Assembly: GCF_003704095.1 (NCBI RefSeq) | Contig: NW_020847344.1 | Span: 186,001 to 250,000 of the forward strand | Length of the DNA stretch: 64,000 bases | Source of the DNA: Pocillopora damicornis | Taxonomy: Eukaryota | Direction: 5' to 3' | Part shown: positions 17,001 to 29,700 of the stretch, one piece after another | How positions within the stretch are numbered: the first letter of the stretch is position 1 | Layout of the letters: every line of letters begins with the position of its first letter | Program-made: the position numbers and the translations under genes | The notes under the pieces: model-generated | Told to the model about the DNA's origin: nothing | Database searches by the model: none | What the model saw: the letters and a program-made list of their open reading frames with translations, nothing else

Positions 17001-20000
17001 TTTGTGAAATGTTTCTGCAGAGCTCACCATGATTTGTTCATGTGCAAGCATTTCATGGTTTGACTTTAATTTTAATTTTATCATTATCAAATTAATTATC
17101 TTGAAGTTTGATCAACAGGGATAAAATTTGAATCAGATATAAACAGCTTTAAAATAATCTCTAATAAGTTGGATTTAAAACTTATTTAGTGACACAGTGG
17201 GCAGGACATGCTTGGGAGTTCTTCCAAACTGCAGAGCTTTCCACATATGATGGGTAAGGAAATATATTTCCAATGTAAATTATAATTTACAGGGCCCAAA
17301 ATAAGTTACTCTAAATTCTAAGCTAAATGATAATGTATTAAAGTAAAATCCCTTGATTTTAAAGGAAATAATAACATTTTTTACTAGAGTTTAACCAGTT
17401 GAATTAAAGTCATTCTTCTTAAAAAAAATAATTAGAATAATGCTTGGTTAAGGTTTCAGCAAAACCATAGCAGTGATGAATAATTGTAAACTCCACTCGA
17501 CTTGATTTATTGTTCAGTGTAATGTTTAAGATATAAACTTAATTTAAGCCAATGATGAAAATATGTTAGAAAATAGCAAAACTGTATCCAGCCACCTTAA
17601 CAGTTATCGCTGGAAGATGTATTTTGGGAATGTTGCCTAAACTGACATCTCAACCATTATTATTGTCAATACTCAGTGATAAGAAACAATTACAGTGCTA
17701 AGTGTTGAATGTAAAAATTTCCAGGGTTGTTTGTGTTGGAGGAGATGGTATTGTGCATGAAGTTGTTAATGGACTATTAGAGAAGTCACATGGAAATGTT
17801 GGAATTGATCTGGTTGATGGAACCTTACCTGAGAAGTTCAGTGCTCTGCCACTCAGCATGCGAATTGGAATCATTCCTGCAGGTACTACTAATTCAATGC
17901 AACATCTGTGATTAAAGAGGCTTCTATTGTTTGAAGATTGGCCACAGGACATATTCCTTTTTTTTTTTTTTTGCAGTATACTGTAATTGAGATTATAGTA
18001 TGTAGTGTCCATACAAAGAAAAGAAGTATTTTTCTTCCAAAAATCTGCACTTCAAGATTCTGGAAAAGAACTCTATGGTTGTTTAAAATCTAAACTTAAA
18101 ACTGAGACTTCAAGGCTCGATCCTCAAATGTTGAAAGTTTATTGAAGTGAGGATCGAGTTTAAAGCAAGACTATCATCCTACTTTAATGCTTTTATTGTT
18201 CCTCCAACTGAACTAAATTGATCACGACAGATAATGAGGTTTAAATTCAAGACACTCATACCAACTTGAAGCAATAAACGATTTAATACTCTTAATTTTG
18301 CTTTCCTTTTGTTTTAAAGCAAGGATGTAAAATGAACTCTATTATTCCAGAAAACACACTTTATTTATACTAATTATGCATGATAATCTAAACAGTCAAA
18401 TAAACAATTTTGTGATTTCAAGTATCATGAAGGAATATACATTCAATTACTTTTTTTTAGGTTCAACAGAGGTGGTGGTTTATTCAGCACAGGGATCTAA
18501 TGATCCTGTCACATCTGCTATACATATAATTTTAGGTAATTACTCCACAAATAGCTTTTATTATAGGTTTTGCTCTTTTATACATAGAACAAAATTGAGG
18601 TTAAAACACTCCTGAAATTGATTTGAGCCCATATTTGTGTTAAAAAATACTCACTCTTTGACCTGAAATCTCTTTTCAAGATAAGTGGCAAAATTAATCT
18701 CATGATTTTCTTGGATGACATCGATTGGTATAAAAACATGATGGAAAGCAAGAGAAAGATAGTAAATAAAACAGAGGCCAAAAAACTGTCACAAATATGT
18801 TTTACAACACCCTGCATACTAAAATGTCTATATGTAGTGTAGATGCACACACCCTCCATTAACTTTCTAGATGCGTCTGTGTTTCCCTTGAATTCTATTT
18901 TGAGAGCAAAATAGATCAAATTCAAGCACCATTGCTGTGTTGATTGTTGGGCACCAATCCATATAAAAACTCCTTAGTGTTCATCAGTTTGTCCTTTTAG
19001 TCTCTTTATGAGAGGAGCTTTGCTCTAGTATCTTACAGATCCCTTGGAAACTGGTTTTAATATATACAATTGCACAGATGTAATAATGGTATTCATCTCT
19101 ATATTATATGTATTTGCTTCAGGTCACACAATATCACTGGATATATGTTCTCTGTGGAGTGACAACAAACACATCAGGTTCACATTTTCACTGGCTTATG
19201 GCTTCCTCGGAGATGTGTTGAAAACTAGTGAGCAACATCGATGGATGGGTCCTAAACGATACAAATGGGGAGCTGTGAGGAGGCTCTGGAAACTCAGGTA
19301 AACTAATTAAACTTCAATTTTAGAACAATATTTTATTATGCTGAATGCTTTTCTCTAAATGTATCTTTTATTTTCTTATCTTTAATATAGTTTTGTTTTA
19401 TTTTGTTTGTGCTTTTATCAAATATCATCAGCTGGGCTTAATGGGTTTGTTGTTCAGTTGTTGTTGTATTTCAAGCCAGGCAGGCTAGTTTTCTTCAATC
19501 TTGGTTTTGATTTTAGGGGATTATCCTAATATGTAAAACTTCAAAAGCTAGCTGTTATCTTGAATACATTAATTTGTAGATCATATGATGTTGAGGTGAA
19601 GTATCTTCTAAGTCCTAATCCTGAACACCATCCAAGAGATAACACTCGCTGTAGAATAGGGTAAGTCATGGAGTAAAATAACCTACTCTTATACTAGTGT
19701 AGATCTCTTTCACGATGACATCACATTTGCTATACTGTGTTTCCTAGGATATATCTTGTATAGAAGGGATGAAAGGAAAACCTGCTTCTACTACTTGTAA
19801 AAGTAATTTTAAATTTTGGTGATCAAATTATTTATCAAGGTGTTTTTACTTGTACATGTGCAGGTGTGAGGTTTGTAGTAAGGAAGATGATCAAGATTGG
19901 GAAAGTGAGCAAAATCAAGGTACTTACTGAGATAAAGACTTCATGTAATTCATGGCTCCTGTTCTAGTTTCATACATGTATGTACAACACATGTCAATTG

Positions 20001-21565
20001 AGCCAAATATTGTCCCAGTGTGTAATGTGAGAGTCAAAATGAATAATTTTAGCTCACTTAAATGATAGGTTTGTAGTTGTTATACTGGTTTACCATCTGT
20101 CTTTCATCATTTTTCTCTGCAAATATAATGTTGTGGAAATGAAACAGAAAAATAGAGAAATGAAAGGAGAGAAAATGTAATAAACATAATACTATATCAG
20201 ATGAATTTAAAATGATGAGGAAATGAATTGTAATGAATCATCATAGCTAAAGAACTGACTAGTTTTGGCAACCTTCTGTTATTTAACTCACTTAATATTT
20301 TGCAATAATGAAATGACCCAGCCATTAGAACTTGAACTTCAGTGACTCTAAGCTGGGGAAGCATTGAAAAGACAGTAGCAATGGCTCTGTAGCAAATAAT
20401 ATCAGCAAAAACATGACCAGATCCAAGATAGGCTAGCAGGTAGGTTCCATTTTCAAGAAAGGAAAGTTGTATTTTTCTGGCTTATTTTCCCAATTTATTT
20501 TATTTTATGAACAGAATGGAAGTCATTTCACTCTCGCGTTTATGGGGTGAACTTTTACACTCTTCCCAATCTGTGTGAGATATCCCCAGAGGGGCCGTCA
20601 CCCTGCTGTCACTTGGGAGATGGTTTTACAGACCTTGTTATTATTAAAGACTGCTCAAGACTTCAATTAAAATCACATATTCAGCGAAACTTCAATTACA
20701 AAGACCAGGTTTGTTTGTTATGATGATTATATGTGATGGGCTTAATAGCATCTGCTGCTTAATAAATGAGGCAACTTTCCTTGCGAGAATGAAGATTGGT
20801 TAAGGAAAAACGGTAGAAATCAATCCTTTAAATGGGGATCATAAAACAGAGAAAGAGGAAAAAGAAAATAAAAGTAGGGACACCAGAAGAGGCATTCCTC
20901 GCACTTCAAACACAGTAGTCCTGCTTTTTATCCATTTGCTCTGATTAAAATTACAACAAAAATTTAGAATTTCTATTGAAATACTGTTTAATTCATCACA
21001 TTGGTCTTCACCCCTTTTGTTATTTACCCACTCTCTTTGCAGTTTGCATTTGGCTTCATTGAAACACACCGTGTCAAAGAATGTCATATTCATGCTTGTG
21101 ACAAGAGTGGTGTCCCTGTGAGTGGTACAGATAGTCTCTTGCATGGTGGTAGCTATAGAGGAAGGAGGAATCCAAAGGAGCAACCAGTTGGTGTATGGAA
21201 TGTAGATGGTGAAGTGCTCAGGCAGGCATCTCTATCACTCAGGTATCCAACAGTGTAACTCATAACAGGTTTTTTTTTGTTTTGCATAGCATTACTTGAA
21301 GTGAACTAGACTCTCCAAAGCTACATGTACTCTTGAGTCCAGCTTGAATGAATTTAGGCATTCAATGGTTGAAATGCACAAGGCCTATTCAACTTTTGTG
21401 GCTGTAGGAAAAAAAGAACGGTGCACCAAAAAATGGAGAAATTTTTTTAAAATTAAATTACTTACCTATTTTTCATTGGTTTCTAGAGTTCACAGACAAA
21501 TTGTAACTATATTTGGAAGTGGTATAGAGGATGTCTCGCAACAAAAGTGTCGCTTCCTGAAATAA
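14067..21565 (+). CDS. CERK: Ceramide kinase (PH-like N-terminus plus DAGK catalytic domain)
   Basis: 12 GT-AG exons: 14067-14190, 15305-15550, 16218-16349, 17190-17253, 17725-17882, 18461-18535, 19123-19297, 19580-19660, 19864-19919, 20515-20708, 21043-21242, 21487-21565. Motifs RPRKLKVVINP, YDGVVCVGGDG, RIGIIPAGST, DPVTSAIHIILG, YGFLGDVLKTSEQHRWMGPKRY, CERK-type CxxxCxxC (CRIGCEVC), HLGDG, WNVDGEVL, RVHRQIVTIFGSGIE. Confidence 0.93.
16832..16940. repeat. Imperfect (ACTG/ACTT/ACTC)n microsatellite in a CERK intron
   Basis: Visible tetranucleotide array ctgactgactgactgg... Confidence 0.85.
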
Positions 21566-23739
21566 CAAAGCATTGGTAAAATTTAAAGGAGCTTATTTCT
21601 AGTATGTAATTCTTGTATCGTTCATAATGCATTTGCATGTGATGGATACAGGATGAACATCAAGGTCTACTGGATAGGGAACAAAATCCCTCTGAACAAA
21701 TGGCTATCCAGCAGACATTGCTATTTGTTTAAACCTCACATGCAACATTTGTAAAGTTTATCCTACTAAGTTGAAAGTTATGTAAGATTCAAGCATTGAA
21801 AACATCTTCTGGCCTCTACTAAGTTAAAGGTTATCTGACATTAGCCAGAATTTAGATTGGAACACCAGACATTACTTTTCTCATACCCACGCGAGGAACG
21901 TTTCTCAAAATATTTATATCAGTGTTGGTGTTTTTTAGAAGATTCTTTCTCCATTATCTGTTGGAGTTTTGATTCTTTTTTAATATAAAGTATAATTGAA
22001 CTATCTCCCTAAATTTATATTATTTATGTATTTATTTATTTGTCAAATGATTTAATTAAATTGCGTTGGCCCCATAGTGGTGACAATGGGTGACCATTTA
22101 TCAAAATTATCATTTTCTGAAAATAATGTAACGCAAAATGCCATTAAGTTTATTGAGGACTCGTAATATGAAGGAAGTATCGTCCGAAGTAGATTTTGAT
22201 GAATTTACTACGCGTTTACGAAGTGAACTCCAATGTACTGTATTACTGATCAGCGGTCAGCTATAGTTGCTGAAATATTACCGCGTGGTTTAGGTGTCCA
22301 CTTTGTAAAGTTTCCACTGTATGAATTTAGCAATAAAACGTCGTGAAAATAACATTGATAAATTGAAACTCCTTTAACCCCTTAGACAGCAAGTATAGTG
22401 TCGCCCATTAATTATGACCCTGAGTGCAACTAGAGTCGATTAGTTGGGAACAAATACGTTCCGCGATACAAGCCCCAGTGTTTATATCGCTGGATTGCTT
22501 GTTGCGGATAGCTGTAGTATTACAAATGGTTTGTAAACGGTACATGGTCTTACTGACATGATTGTGGATACAAAACTAGATTCCAGTTTGGAAGGAAAAA
22601 AGCAAACTCCGTTTATACGAACCTACTGCCTGGTAAACATCGTGTCATGTGCATTCTAACATTTTCAAGACTATTCAGTTCACTAATTCAGTGTGGCTTA
22701 AGAGATTTCAAAGACTTTTTTTCTCTCTAAGTGATCATCATTTTTTTTTCAAACAGTTTTTACACTGAAAGGAGCATCCTAAGGATTGGATTAATAAATA
22801 TAAATATAAATCAAGTAAGAACTTGAAGAAAAGTTAGCCTCGTCTGCAAAAACGTGTATGATTGACACACAAACGTAAAGGAAGGTGTGTCGTCAGCAAG
22901 GGAACTAAAGGAGAGCAGTTATTCTAGGACTGTGGGTAACTCACCCTTTGGCATATACCTTGTCAGATATGGTTTCCTCAATCTTCCTTCTTCAAGGTAG
23001 AAACGTCTGAAACTAGGGTATATTAGTCCTATATTTGAGGACCTTGCGTCGTGTGTTGACAGCTTTTAAGTTGAAATTACTGAATCAGTTACATCAAAAA
23101 AACATTTGCAGAAATCGATAGGCACTCGACGGATTTCCTCATCGTTGTTCACGTTAAGGATACTAGCATGGTTCATATGTGTAATCAGGGCTGTTTCAGT
23201 GGAATATTCTTATCTACTGAGACCGATTCAAGTTCGTACATGGCTAATTATATTGGGTGGAAAATTAAAAAAGACAACTACTAGATTCTTGTTTTGAGTG
23301 AATTTTTGCGACGACGGGTGTTCAGTAGTGATGCGAGATTTGTATTGGGGAAAGCTGATTGTCACGATTGAAAGGTTTATTAAATACATAAACCAACTCT
23401 GATGCATTCAGTCCCATAAAAGTACATTCACAGTTATGAATTTATTCCCGAAACTAAAGGAGATCTGGCCATAAACCATGTCAGTTCACTAAATTAAGAG
23501 GAGACAAATATTGAGTCAACATCGAGTTGTAACCAATTTATTCAAGATTGTTCATTATGCTCATTTGCTATATATATATATATATATATATTCTTCCAGC
23601 TGGTTATTGGTACCATAGTCAGTGTTTCTTACTTCAATTNNNNNNNNNNNNNNNNNNNNNNNNNNNNNNNNNNNNNNNNNNNNNNNNNNNNNNNNNNNNN
23701 NNNNNNNNNNNNNNNNNNNNNNNNNNNNNNNNNNNNNNN

Positions 23740-26700
23740 GCTTTTATCCAATTTCATCTTTCGCGAAAGTTCACTTCCAGAGAGCTGAAGCAGCAGAAAA
23801 GATTTCTCCATCAGAAACCGAAGTCGAACCTCTGCCGTTCAATGAAATCCCTGGACCTCAAGGGAAATATGTACCAGCGATAGAGTTTTATCGCGTTTCT
23901 GAAGGATTCACCAAAACTTATAAATTGACCGACAAGCTATTCAACCAGTATGGCCCAATATTTAAGCAGTCTGTCACTGATAGGAGTCCTGTTGTCCATG
24001 TTATGGATCCAGTCGACTTTCAAACCGTGTTTCGTGCAGAAGGAAAATATCCTTACAGGCCACCAATTGATGCGCTCTTAGAAGTTCGGAGAAGAAAGGG
24101 AATGTTTCTTGGGCTCGAAAATCTGTGAGTACCTTAACTAGTATTCGTTAAAGTTTTCGATCTTCAGATTAGAAGGCCAATTACGATTATTCCCTAGACT
24201 TTGAGGCAAGTGTATAAGCCTTGAGTAAACTTGTTCGTCCCACTGATGCAGTTGATATTTGGGATTCAGTGAATTATTTGCTCGGATAATTTTGTCGGCA
24301 TTAATTATGTGTCAGCCTTTAGAAAATTTCAGTTCAGCCAGCGTTTGTTCTGCAAATCGTTTGATATTTCTGTTTACTGCGTTTGAAATTGCTTTGCGTG
24401 TACATTTTAACTTATTTTTCAATCAAATGCCATATTACTAATTAACTTGGTCATTAGTCGAAACTGGACTAATGCCTAATAACCGCAATTGTGATAAGAG
24501 AAAACCCTTTGAGTTTGAGTCGTCAGTGAAAAGGAGGACTGGAAAGGAAACGATTTAGCTCTAGAATACAGACCAATAGCGATGGAGGATCAAGCACGTA
24601 GCTTACATGTCCATTTAACTGTAGGTCACTTGGCCGTTAGAAAGTTTCAAAATATTTCACTTTGTCACAGTGCTAAGTGTTTCCTCAAGTACTTATTCCC
24701 AGTAATAACTGTTTCCCTGGTGGGGAGTAGAAAACACAAAACATGGAAGCTCCAAATAAATAGACAAAGTGGCTGACAATTTGGGTTGTGTTGGAGCGAA
24801 GAGTTTGCTTTTTTTTTTTTTTAAGGTGGAGAAGGCCAGGTAGGTGAGGTAAGCTACCTAGCCATGTTTGAAAAATAGCCCATATTTACATACAATCTTA
24901 AAACCCCAGAATTCCAAGGTGAAGTTTCCAGTGCATGAATGTAACCCAGTTCTAGGCGGTTACCACACCTTAAGATGCTTTCATAGCAAATTGTAACCAT
25001 GGTAGACTAGGTAACCTGCTAAGGCTGGTTACCCCACTTATCATGTTAACATGATCATGATAAAAAGAAATCATATATTAATAACAACTCATAGGGACAA
25101 CAGGTTAACCCACCTATGCAGTTTACCTTATCTCTATATAAACAGGCCCTTAGGTCTCAAGGCCCTTCTTATAAGTTATTCCCAAACCTAGGATGCACTG
25201 AATGTGGAAAATAAAGAAGTTTTTTTTGTTTTGAGTAAAACAAGCTTTGTCCTGAAAAAAACCAAACTTAAAAATATCAAGCTTGCTAGATTTTGAGGGA
25301 ACCCTTAGTAAGAAGCCTTAGTACCCTTGCACAACTTTAAAATTTCAATTTAAACAGCTCAGAATAATTTCTAACTTGTTTGATGATAGTTCAGCCCACA
25401 AATTCACCTCTCTAATATTTGCAATGTGCAACTGAGATCTGTGCAAGAAATAAAATGGATTTATGGACACACAATTTAACCACTCTGCTCTTCAAAACAC
25501 AAGGAGATACACATTACATTGCACCATTCTTAGCATTTAATTTAGTAGTATTGGTCAAATTTGAACTGGAGCTATAATTTATAATTGGGAGTACATTGTA
25601 TGTGTGAAATTAGGGGTTACACATATCACTGAAGCCTCAAGGGTAAGTAAAAAGTGTTCCCATCGCAAGAGCATGACAACCAGAATAAAATTTATTTCTT
25701 CTTTCTGCTAAGCATAGAAATATAGTTCTAGAACTGTGGTAGATTTTTTAAAAAAAAGACCTCCTGGAAGCCTCTGAGAAAAAGCAATGCTCCAGTTTGA
25801 TATAATTTGAAACAATTAACTGCTCATTGGAATAAGGCAGTTGAAGAAACAGATCTTGATTGGCTGCCATCTTTGAAGGGAAACGCATGTATCACTAGAG
25901 TGTGTGTGTAGGGGAACACATATTAGAAACAAACATGTATTACTGGGCACTGTGTTTCCCAGTGACTCTTCAACATGGCTGATATAAAATGTACTGCAGA
26001 CCATATATTATGGAGTGGTTTTAAAACATAGAATTATTTGAGGTACACATGTATTAGACACAACCTGCATCAATGGAGCCTATTCACAACATGGACTAGT
26101 GAATATAACTTGTTCACCAAGTGTGTTATATTTGAATTCAGATTTATGATTTATAATTTCAATTTCATGTGAGTCACTAGTGGTCCTTAGTAAACATAGG
26201 TATACAGTCCAAAGTTGACTAAGATCATGTGAAAAAGAGAAAAATCTTTAAACATATTGATCATTTGCTCTCTTAAACCCTTGATTTCTCAATCATTGTA
26301 CTCAAAGGAACCTTACATTTAATTTGTTAACTTTCCTGAGTTAACTTGGAATCTCCCTTTTATGAAGCAAATGTCTTTGTTCTCTCAAGGATGTGCTTTA
26401 ATTGAATATTAATACCCCACAGAAATGGTAAGGAATGGCAAAGAGTTAGACAAGCAGTAGCCCCAAAACTGATGCGTCCAAAAGTATTGGAGGAAAACAT
26501 TGACAACTTTAATGCTGTTACAAAAGACACACTGGAACACTTTGTGAAACTTAAAGAGACTAGCGGATTGGGGGAAGAAATTCCCGACTTGGAGGGTGAA
26601 CTGAGTAAATGGGCAACAGAGAGTAAGTTTGCATGTCTGAAATAATAATGATGACAAATTAAGGTGGCCATTTTACTTATGAACAGATATTTTGAAAGGT

Positions 26701-29700
26701 TGGCAGAATTAGTTAAAAGTACATAAAGCTAAAATGAAGGGTGTTTCTCAGGGTCTATATTATTATTATGGCAGCCTAGTAAACCATAAGTGATCAAAAT
26801 TACTGAAAAAAGTAAACCTTCCTGTAGACTCTTAAGAGACAATTTTCCAGGGTTACTGATTTCTAAGGAAGTTGTTGTTTCAATTGGAGGCTCTTTTTCA
26901 TGTTTTGGATTCTCTTTAACTATAGTTTGTGGGATTAGAAACTGGGACAAAGAGGTCCTGAAAAGAATTAAGGGAAGGATGTGTAAGACCCAAAATTGAA
27001 CATTTTTATAGATTTCATATTTCTATAGATTGGCATCTCTTCAATTAGAATCCAAACAAGGAAAAGTAAGCATCTAGATTTGCTGGGTTTATTTGGTCAA
27101 TAAACACCACATGTTTCCAGTGAGGGATGCTTCCAAAAGGTTGCTATCTTTCTTGGCTCATACGCAAGAGTTTTCTGGATTTTTTTAAACAAACTTAAGC
27201 CCATTGCAAGGTCTCTCAAGTTTAGGGTCTTGGAAAATTTGCTGGGCTATAGGTGAAAAAATTCAGTACTTCAAATGAAGTAAAAGTTAATACCATAGAA
27301 TTAAGGAAAAATTAATACTTTTGACCTAGTTATGATGGTGGTTTCATGCATGCTCACTTTCCTGGATTATCTGGAAGTTTCTCAACACACAGAGCTTACC
27401 TCTTGGCATCTCATACAGCCTGCCAAATCTCTCTTGCAAAAGAGAATATAGGCATTTTTCTCTAAAACAGGGGGAGGGGCAAGTCAAGTTTATTTCACTC
27501 CCTAAGAAATACGTGTCTTCTATTCAAGGTTGATTGTATTTTTCTAAACTTATTTTTTTTGTCTAATTTCATTATTTTATGGTTTATATGTTTTAATTAA
27601 GGTGTGGGCACATTGGTTTTTGACGCTAGAGTTGGGTTATACAATGATCCACCTAGTGAGGAAGCCTTGAGGTTCATTGGATCGATACATGATGCTTTTC
27701 AAAGCCTCCATGTCTTTTTTTTTGGAATTGTGGAGAAAAAATTATTTCAATACATGAATACCCCAAACTTTGTCAAGCTTGAGCGTGCATTGGACACTTC
27801 ATTTGAAATTGGACGTGGATATATTGATAGGAAAATGAAAGATCTTGAAGAAATGGCTCACAAAGGATCAGATGATTCTCAAGAATCTGAAGGTAAAATC
27901 TGGATTGCCATTATGTGTTAGTCTATGCTAAAGTGACTGGGCAAGGTTCTGTCTAAGGAGTGATACCTGTTTCATTTTATTTGCAATGAAATGAAAACGG
28001 AGAGAAAATCTGGAGATTAAATTTGGTGGTTAAGGGCAGAGGGCTTGAACCTGGGACCAACAGATTGCAAGCCTAGTGCCATAGCCACACTGTCTCTCTG
28101 ACTTCTATGAATGAAATCATCAGATTCTGCGAAATGGTGTGGCGTTTTGAAATGCTTTTAGCACACCACAATGAAGATCCCTTCCCAACCCATTCCTACA
28201 AGTCACAAAAGCAGCATTACCAATGTCTATGACAACATGGGATAAAGAAGGGTTTTTCCAAGTGTTCCCTTCCCCCAAAAAATTACTATGACTCATAAGT
28301 GCTGATTGTATTTGGTTAGGTTGACAAAAATGTATCAGTTCTCTGGTTTTAGGACCAACAGTGTAAGTGCACAGAGTTATGAACTAAAAACTGTTTGTTA
28401 TATACTTGTCCATAGCTGTTTCATTATTAACTTACTTGCTGACACGTGAGGACTTGACCCCAGAAGAAATTTATGCCAACACCCTTACTATGTTTGGAGG
28501 AGGTGTTGACACAGTAAGTTGGTTTATCATTCTGCATGTTTTGACAAACTGATTTCAACCACTGTAAATAGTTACATTATGGCCAGTGACAAAACCCAAA
28601 GATGAACCAGGAAAGATGTTTTTTGACAGGTGAGGAGAGAGTTTGGTCTGCTGAGCTATGCCAGGGTAATCACTAAACTCAACAGAAAATGATCATCACA
28701 GCCATGCTATACTATCTTTACAAACAGAAACATAAAACTGATATGCTTCTGTTAGAACGAGTGAGCAATTAATCTATTAACTGTGACCAGACTTTTATTT
28801 TGACCTCTGTGAGTGTGAGCTGGAAATCAAGTAAGCAATGCAAGAAATCTTCAACTCAACAACCGAACCGTTAAAGTGAACTGCACACTTACACGCGCAT
28901 CAAGCGAGTGTAATTCCCATAAATTAGCTGCTTGAAACAAGCACACTTTTATAATTACGTGCAAAGTGCTTGAACTAAAAATAGATGAATTAACAGAAAA
29001 ATGATTCCCATTTTGGACAAGATATTAAATATGGGGCAAAGAGGGCAGGCACGGAGGTGTAGAAAACAGAGATGGATGGCCATCGTTTGTTAAATCCCGC
29101 CAAAAAGATGCTGAAACCCCGTACCTAAACCTCGTCTGTTCTGTTGGCAGCGGTTTGGACATTTATAAGGGTAGTGATAAAGCGAAATGACCAGGTAAAA
29201 ATGAAGGGTACTCTCTTTGTTATAGGGGAAAGGGAGCACCCCTGTCAAAATTTGGATACATCTTTCAGGCTCTTTTGGTTTTCTATCTCACCCTGGCTTA
29301 TTTTTCCCTTTTAAGACAACTTACACCACTCTGTGGGCATTGTACCACCTTGCAAGAAATTCAGAAATTCAAGAAATCCTTTACCAGGAAATATTTGGCA
29401 TTCTGGGGAAAGATGGAGATGTTACGGCTGGAAGCCTCGCAAAATTGTCTTATCTCAAGGCTTGTGCGAAAGAATCTGCAAGGCAAGTTCATGTTTTAAG
29501 GTGGATTTTATCAGAGAGTATTGTGTGAAAAATACTTTATCTTGTATATATACAATCTTCAATGAACAATCTACAATTGTATCGTTTAACTCTGCCATTT
29601 CTTTGATAGGTTGACACCAATCTTCCCGGCTAATAGAAGAATATTGGATAAAGATGTAGTTTTGAGTGGATATTTGGTTCCTGCACAGGTTTGCTCCTAA

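Noticed and set aside
21243-21486. CERK last intron donor GTATCCAA resembling a U12 site
   Set aside because: Mismatches at +7/+8, no convincing CCTTAAC branch, and a normal pyrimidine tract; treated as U2-type.
22969-22996. Candidate first mini-exon of P450-A (MVSSIFLLQ|gt)
   Set aside because: Cannot be linked across the gap at 23640-23739; unsupported.
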